NCBI GenBank assembly: GCA_965222605.1
Contig: OZ244960.1
Location: 480,001-544,000, forward strand
Length of the DNA stretch: 64,000 nt
DNA from: Candidatus Latescibacterota bacterium
Lineage (GTDB): Bacteria > Latescibacterota > UBA2968
Direction of reading: 5' to 3'
Both the position numbers and the translations under genes were made by a program. The notes beneath the pieces were generated by a model. That model searched no databases. It saw only the letters and a list, made by a program, of their open reading frames with translations, and had not been told where the DNA came from. Every line of letters starts with the position of its first letter. The stretch's first letter is position 1. This document shows positions 58,327 to 64,000 of this stretch, in pieces.

Positions 58327-59289
58327 CTACTCGGTTTGCCTCGGCGACCAGCGAGGTGCAGAGACCTCCATATCCACAGAAACTTCATGCAAATCTGTGC
58401 CATCGGCATTTATCATCATCAACCTGTGTTCCAAACCACCCTGCCCCTCAAGGGTTCGTCGCACTTCAAAAGCAATCCTTTGACCGTCAGGAGACCAGGT
58501 AGGAGAAAAAAAAGCCACTGTGGAACTCGCTCCCCGGGTCAACTGTTGCACCCCAGTCCCATCGGAATTCATAGTATAAATCTCGCATTCTGGAAATTGG
58601 TTCCGCACTTGTGGTTGATGCCGATTTGATGCATAAGCAATACGCGTTCCGTCAGGCGACCAGGCGGGATGAATATTCTGAACACCATTGAAATCCGTCA
58701 ACCTGACCCGGTTAGAACCATCTGAAGCCATGAAAAAAATGTCGATATTGTTCCCTTGACGCGATTGAAAAGCAATTCTGCGCCCATCTGGCGACCAGGC
58801 CGGTGCCTCATCACTACTGGGAGAATTTGTCAGATTTTGTAGTCCTGTACCATCGAGGTTGACCGTGTAGATATCCCATCTATCTCTATTATCCTCTTGG
58901 GCCTGAAAAGCGATCTTTCCACCATCAGGAGACCAGGCTGGGCCGAGATCGGGACCGGGCAAATCAACCACCTTCTGTATGCCCCTATCCTCCAGATTAA
59001 AAATATAAATACCAAAATTTCCCAGTGCATCTCGGTTTGAAGCAAATACAATGCGTCGCGCATTCGGGGACCATGAGGGATTGGTATAGCTCCCCTTCTC
59101 GCTCGTAAGCCTCATCAAACCTTCGCCATCGGGACGCATCACAAAAATTTTGAATGATGTAAAATCTCCCGGTCCCACAAACGCAATGCGGCCATCAACA
59201 GTTGAATAATCAGAATCCAGCAGACCGGTATTCCCAGCGCAATGAAGCAGGAAAAAAAACAGAAGATACAATATCCACTGATTCCTCAT
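58327..59289 (-). CDS. TolB-like PD40/WD40-repeat beta-propeller lipoprotein
   Basis: Repeated PAWSPDG..IAF units; Cys after a hydrophobic leader. Confidence 0.88.
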   Translation of the reverse strand: MRNQWILYLLFFFLLHCAGNTGLLDSDYSTVDGRIAFVGPGDFTSFKIFVMRPDGEGLMRLTSEKGSYTNPSWSPNARRIVFASNRDALGNFGIYIFNLEDRGIQKVVDLPGPDLGPAWSPDGGKIAFQAQEDNRDRWDIYTVNLDGTGLQNLTNSPSSDEAPAWSPDGRRIAFQSRQGNNIDIFFMASDGSNRVRLTDFNGVQNIHPAWSPDGTRIAYASNRHQPQVRNQFPECEIYTMNSDGTGVQQLTRGASSTVAFFSPTWSPDGQRIAFEVRRTLEGQGGLEHRLMMINADGTDLHEVSVDMEVSAPRWSPRQTE

Positions 59290-59313
59290 AGCACATCTCC
59301 TGAGCGGCTGATG

Positions 59314-60618
59314 CTATGCTGGCGCGCCATATACCAGAATCTTCCGCCTGTCGTAAATCAACACCTCATCTCTTCCATCCCCATCCAGATCTAACACCAT
59401 CGCGCCATATCCAATCCCATAATCATAAGCCCGAAATCCCCGGATGCGCTGTTTGGGCTGTTTGAAATCCTCTCGAAAGGGAAATTCCATCACCCGGTTG
59501 CCATCTCCATCCATCAGAAATGGCCAGTAGAGATGTGTATCTTCAGGCTCGCTATCATAAGGCACATCTTCCTGTTGCTTCTTTAAGGCCGGGGCATAAA
59601 TCACCAGATCCAGTCCGTCATCTCGCCAGCCGCGTACAGCATGTTGCGCGTATCCCACACCGGGTTTTTGCCACAGTGCCTGTCCATCGGGCGTATAACA
59701 CGTCATCCCAATCCACTTTTCGTTCAAAATCATCGTCTGTCCATCTATATCACTGCGAAAACGCCCCACCGTCGTATTCTGCGAATGCTCGTGCGGGCGT
59801 CTCCAGATCACATCGCCCCGCGTATTCGCCACAAAAAAGTCCTTGCTTCCCGAATACGCAATCTCAATTTTCCCATCCCCATCCAGATCCACCGGATTGA
59901 TATTATCCGCATGCTCTACCGTAGCATTTTCCACTGGAATCGACCACAACAAAGTCCCGTCGTTATCCACCAGATTATACCCGATCAACATCTCATCGCA
60001 CCCATCGCCATCCACATCGATCAACACCGGTGCATGCCCTGCCCCGTGATAATGCGGCGTCATCCACAGCTCCGACAAATCGCTATCCAGAACATAAGTC
60101 GGATTGCCGTATTCATAAGGCGGATAAGCACCATCATTGACTTTCACCACGAGTTGCTGCCGCGTCGGATCACCCCTCAAACTCCCTGCCTTCACCTGGG
60201 AAAAATTATCTGCCGGTAACTTCTTCTTTGCCTGCACCTCGCCCGTTTCCCCGTCAAAAACCGTCAGCATATCCCACACTATCGAAACCACCTCCATCTT
60301 CCCATCGCCATCCACATCAGCGGTGATAAAATCATTGCCCCCATGCGCGCAGTAGGGATCTGCACCTCGATGCGGCTCCCCCACCTGCCACAGTTGATTG
60401 CCCTTCTGGTCAATCGCCGTAATACAGAACAAACGCCGTTCCTCATCCGTATTCCATCCCCGCTCAATGTAGAGATCCGACTTCAACTGTCCCGGACTCT
60501 GCCGCAACAAAAACTCCAGCTTTCCATCGCCATTCACATCTGCCACAATCATCTGCCCGCCAATACCTTCCACATCCAGTTCCCACAGCAACCGCGCATC
60601 TCTCCGTGCTTCACCCAT
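59314..60618 (-). CDS. FG-GAP beta-propeller protein, rhamnogalacturonan lyase (PL11)-like
   Basis: DVNGDGKLE, DVDGDG, GAGH, EHAD, HSQ motifs. Confidence 0.65.
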   Translation of the reverse strand: MGEARRDARLLWELDVEGIGGQMIVADVNGDGKLEFLLRQSPGQLKSDLYIERGWNTDEERRLFCITAIDQKGNQLWQVGEPHRGADPYCAHGGNDFITADVDGDGKMEVVSIVWDMLTVFDGETGEVQAKKKLPADNFSQVKAGSLRGDPTRQQLVVKVNDGAYPPYEYGNPTYVLDSDLSELWMTPHYHGAGHAPVLIDVDGDGCDEMLIGYNLVDNDGTLLWSIPVENATVEHADNINPVDLDGDGKIEIAYSGSKDFFVANTRGDVIWRRPHEHSQNTTVGRFRSDIDGQTMILNEKWIGMTCYTPDGQALWQKPGVGYAQHAVRGWRDDGLDLVIYAPALKKQQEDVPYDSEPEDTHLYWPFLMDGDGNRVMEFPFREDFKQPKQRIRGFRAYDYGIGYGAMVLDLDGDGRDEVLIYDRRKILVYGAPA

Positions 60619-60680
60619 GGTTGGTCTCCTTGTGTCTTAGCGTCCCTTGTCTACGCTCTTATGTGGTTATCTCTTTTGAT

Positions 60681-60707
60681 GGGCGGGCACAGGGGCACCG
60701 CCCCTAC
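60681..60707 (-). repeat. REP-like palindrome of GTAG type
   Basis: Minus strand GTAGGGGCGGTGCCCCTGTGCCCGCCC: GTAG tetranucleotide plus imperfect hairpin. Confidence 0.65.
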
Positions 60708-60716
60708 ATTTGATTT

Positions 60717-60751
60717 TTCATCTGCGTTCATCTGCGTTCATCGGTGGTTGC
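60717..60751 (-). repeat. CGCAGATGAA-type 10-mer repeat
   Basis: Minus strand caaccaccgatgaacgcagatgaacgcagatgaa; same unit as 4240-4269. Confidence 0.75.
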
Positions 60752-62359
60752 GTTTTCTTCCACAACCACAACGCGATCTGCCCCAATATCTTCCAACACC
60801 TGCACGCGCCCACTCACCCAGCGCACCTCAATTCGATCCACGCGAATCGCATTGCCCAGCCCAAAATGCAACCGCAAATCGCTCGCCGACAGATAGCTCG
60901 ACTGACTCCGCACCTCGCGCACCTGGATCTTTCCCCCCGCGCTCACATGCACCACTGCCCCAATCCCATCCCTATTTGAAAACCCCTGTCTCGTCTTCTG
61001 CATACCCCCCACCAGTTTTACAACGATCCAGTGTCCCGAGTTCCCACCTTCGTTGCGGAACACCCGCGCTCGCTGCCTCGAATGCAGTACCACCAGATCC
61101 AGGTCGCCATCTCCATCCAGATCGCCAATTGCCGACCCGCGACTCACCCCCGGCACCTCAACACCCGCACTAACCACCTCAAATCGCCCATCCGCGTTGC
61201 GAAATATTTGATCCCCCTGTAAATAGGACTCAGCCTGGGAAAACGCCTTCACATTTGGGAAAATATGCCCATTTGCCACAAACAGATCCAGATCGCCATC
61301 GTTGTCATAATCGAAAAAATGAGTGCCAAATCCCAAAGGCAACAGAGACACCCCGGCAATACCCGTTGACACACTTCCCTCCATAAAAAATCCACCCGCC
61401 GCACTCTGGTATATCGCATTGGTCTCGTAGGAAAAATTCGTCACAAAAATATCTGATCGCCCGTCCCCATCTACATCCCCCACATCAACCCCCATCCCCG
61501 CCTGCGTCCGGCCTTGCGCATTAAACGCCACACCCGCCTCTACACCTGCATTCTCAAACCGCCCGCCCGCGTTGCGGTACAAAAAATTTGGCGTCGTATC
61601 ATTCGCCACATAGAGATCGGTATCCCCATCCCCATCGTAATCCAGACTCACCACCCCAAGCCCTTTGCCCGAAGAATCCGCCACACCCGCCTCAAAGGAC
61701 ACATCTGTAAATATTCCATTTCCCTCATTCCGATAAAGCAAATCCGGCGCCCCCTCAAAATAACCCGGATCGCAATACGTGCGGACACCCACCCGCTCGC
61801 AATGCGGCTCGGTTTTCACATCGTACGTCAAATAGCGCACCACATACAGATCCAGATCGCCATCCCCATCCGCATCAAAAAAGGTCGCACCAGCAGACCA
61901 TCCACCGCCCCCCACGCCTGCCTTTTTTTCCACAAACCCGCCACGACCATCATTTTGATACAGCACATTGGCATCATAACCCGTCGTATAAAGATCGAGA
62001 TCGCCATCATTGTCATAATCCCCAACCGTACACCCCATCCCATACCCCACACCTGGCGCACCCGATACAGCCGAAAAGCGAAACCCGCCATCATTTCGGT
62101 AAAGCGCGTTCTCTCCGCCCATCTGCCCGTGTTCTCCATTGACAAAATACAAATCGAGATCGCCATCCCCATCCGCATCAAACACCGCACAGCCCGACCC
62201 CATAGTTTCCAAATAATGCCAATTTCCCCGCGCGCCAGTCCGATGCACAAACGATATACCAGACGCTTCTGCGACCTCCACAAATTGCTCTGCGGCAATA
62301 GAACCCGAACATAAAAGAAAAAAAAGAATACCGATAGCTCTAATCACTAATATTCCCAT
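60728..62359 (-). CDS. CRTAC1/ASPIC-UnbV family FG-GAP protein (start uncertain)
   Basis: ETMGSG, DYDNDGDLD repeats, GMGVD, SNRDGIGA...SSYLSAS...LHFGLG. Confidence 0.9.
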   Translation of the reverse strand: MGILVIRAIGILFFLLCSGSIAAEQFVEVAEASGISFVHRTGARGNWHYLETMGSGCAVFDADGDGDLDLYFVNGEHGQMGGENALYRNDGGFRFSAVSGAPGVGYGMGCTVGDYDNDGDLDLYTTGYDANVLYQNDGRGGFVEKKAGVGGGGWSAGATFFDADGDGDLDLYVVRYLTYDVKTEPHCERVGVRTYCDPGYFEGAPDLLYRNEGNGIFTDVSFEAGVADSSGKGLGVVSLDYDGDGDTDLYVANDTTPNFLYRNAGGRFENAGVEAGVAFNAQGRTQAGMGVDVGDVDGDGRSDIFVTNFSYETNAIYQSAAGGFFMEGSVSTGIAGVSLLPLGFGTHFFDYDNDGDLDLFVANGHIFPNVKAFSQAESYLQGDQIFRNADGRFEVVSAGVEVPGVSRGSAIGDLDGDGDLDLVVLHSRQRARVFRNEGGNSGHWIVVKLVGGMQKTRQGFSNRDGIGAVVHVSAGGKIQVREVRSQSSYLSASDLRLHFGLGNAIRVDRIEVRWVSGRVQVLEDIGADRVVVVEENATTDERR

Positions 62360-62439
62360 CCAAGTACTACACCGTTTCATTGATGAACGGCTCACGCCGT
62401 TGCCGTTCCGCTATTCAATTTGCGAAAGTATAGGCACGC

Positions 62440-63933
62440 CTATCTGTGTTCATCTGTGGTTGCTTTTTTCGCCATAGCCTCGGCCTCTGCTTTCCGCCCC
62501 GCCCGACCGTAAAGAACCGACAACTGGAGATACAACTCGCGCGGATCTTCTGCTCCTTCAATCACCTGCTCATACAACGCTTTTGCCGCGTCCATATCTC
62601 CCGCCACCGCATGTGCCACACCCAATCGCACAAGCAACCCCGCAGAATACGCAACCTGATCTGCCTTGATCTTATAGGTTGCAATGCACTTATTCAAATG
62701 TCCCGTCTTCGCCTGTGTCTGACTGATCTGATCGTAAATATAGAACGCGGCATAGGCAATCGGATCCATCGCCACAATCCGCTCATACCCCTCCACCACA
62801 TCACGCGACAACCCATCGGCACACAAGAACATATCTGTCCTGTGTCTCAATGCCTCGTCAGATACCATGCTCCCTTCACCCAGCGCAAAAGCCGCATCAT
62901 AAGACCGCCGCGACCGATCTACATCCCCCAATGCCTGATAGGACTGTCCCAGAGCCAAATAGACCAGGGGAACCTCCGGACTAAACCGCCATGGCAAATC
63001 CGGATCTTCTACCAGAGCGACCGCTTCCCGATAAATCTCTATTGCCTTCTCCTGCTGCCCCAATCTCACAAACCTGTCTCCAAAATCCAGCAAGTCGGCT
63101 ATCTTATCAAATCGTACGGGCAACACATACTGATCTCGAACCGCGTGCCGGTGGCGCTCGTCAAAAAACTTAAACGTCTCCCACGCGTGTCGCGCCGACA
63201 GAGAATCGCCCGATACCTGATAAGCCTGTGCCAGTCCATAATGACCTTTGGGATCTTCAAAATCAATTTTTGTCGCCCGTTTGTACGCAGATATAGCAGA
63301 CGCATACTTGCCATGCATCATCATGAGTTGTCCGATTTCTAAATGTGCCTCTTTGCGATCTGAAAACATCTGGACGGCCTTTTGAAATGCCTCCAGCGCC
63401 TCGTCGTAACGCGCTTGCCTGACCAGCGCAAGACCATATCCGTAAACCGCCAGATCGTCCGTTGGATCTCGCTCCAAAACAGCCTGAAACGCCTCTTCCG
63501 CATCGGAATACGCCCCTGCCAATTCAGCCACAAAACCCAGATTTCGGTAAAACATTGTCTCATGGGGTTTTAGCGCGACCGCCTGCCTAAATGCTTCAAT
63601 TGCCGGGCTGTAATTGCGCTGAAAAAAATACACCACTCCAAGATCGTTATGCGCTCCTGCATCCCCTATTTTTAGATGGATGGCCCGCCGCAAATTCTCC
63701 CCGGCCTCTTGCAGATCGCCCTGCCGCGTCACAATTTGAAGCCATCCCAAAAATCGGTACGCATCCGCCGCTGTCGAATCGGCTGCGATCACATCCTCGC
63801 ACCGCACCATTGCCCCGTAATAATTGCCCTTGATAATATCGACCAGCACCGAGTCCATCTGTGATGGCTCAACTGCACCGACATTTGGGACAAACAGCAT
63901 CCACACCATTAGCCAATAACCAAATCTTTTCAA
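62440..63933 (-). CDS. Tetratricopeptide repeat protein (TTG start inferred from RBS; ORF extends to 63987)
   Basis: Multiple TPR units (AHNDLGVVY, YRNLG, GHYGLAQAY); gaggagg 9 nt upstream of TTG. Confidence 0.85.
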   Translation of the reverse strand: MKRFGYWLMVWMLFVPNVGAVEPSQMDSVLVDIIKGNYYGAMVRCEDVIAADSTAADAYRFLGWLQIVTRQGDLQEAGENLRRAIHLKIGDAGAHNDLGVVYFFQRNYSPAIEAFRQAVALKPHETMFYRNLGFVAELAGAYSDAEEAFQAVLERDPTDDLAVYGYGLALVRQARYDEALEAFQKAVQMFSDRKEAHLEIGQLMMMHGKYASAISAYKRATKIDFEDPKGHYGLAQAYQVSGDSLSARHAWETFKFFDERHRHAVRDQYVLPVRFDKIADLLDFGDRFVRLGQQEKAIEIYREAVALVEDPDLPWRFSPEVPLVYLALGQSYQALGDVDRSRRSYDAAFALGEGSMVSDEALRHRTDMFLCADGLSRDVVEGYERIVAMDPIAYAAFYIYDQISQTQAKTGHLNKCIATYKIKADQVAYSAGLLVRLGVAHAVAGDMDAAKALYEQVIEGAEDPRELYLQLSVLYGRAGRKAEAEAMAKKATTDEHR

Positions 63934-64000
63934 AATCACTAACCTCCTCAATACAAATGAATCCAATGCCCCCGGCCCATAAACCACAAAACATCCACCG

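Noticed and set aside
1-64000. tRNA, rRNA, integrase or prophage genes
   Set aside because: None recognised; the defence island has no visible integrase or att duplication

Overview
Bacterial chromosomal window with mostly moderate GC. The gene content (two sulfatases, several FG-GAP/ASPIC-UnbV and TPR proteins, a dockerin/EF-hand-tailed secreted protein, DUF6785) resembles uncultured Latescibacterota/Poribacteria-type heterotrophs; this is inference, not a taxonomic assignment. The main accessory block is a defence island at ~4.3-19.5 kb. It holds a type I restriction-modification operon: half-hsdS, GIY-YIG, hsdM, rhuM, hsdS, a membrane protein plus MBL hydrolase, hsdR and a YgjP-like protein. 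Inside it lies a tandem ~695-bp-period array of RelE/HigB-type toxin-antitoxin cassettes, and the last antitoxin is fused in frame to the N-terminus of the two-TRD HsdS. This antitoxin::HsdS fusion is the best candidate for an undescribed system: a toxin-antitoxin pair that may guard the RM complex. Other notable items are a tnpB-only IS200/IS605 element whose empty site can be reconstructed inside an SDR gene, a frameshifted sugar-ABC ATPase, an internally deleted bactofilin gene, a dispersed 10-bp repeat that supplies stop codons, and an UnbV/UnbU-like surface-protein cluster. No rRNA, tRNA or CRISPR array was recognised. All calls come from motif reading, not database searches.
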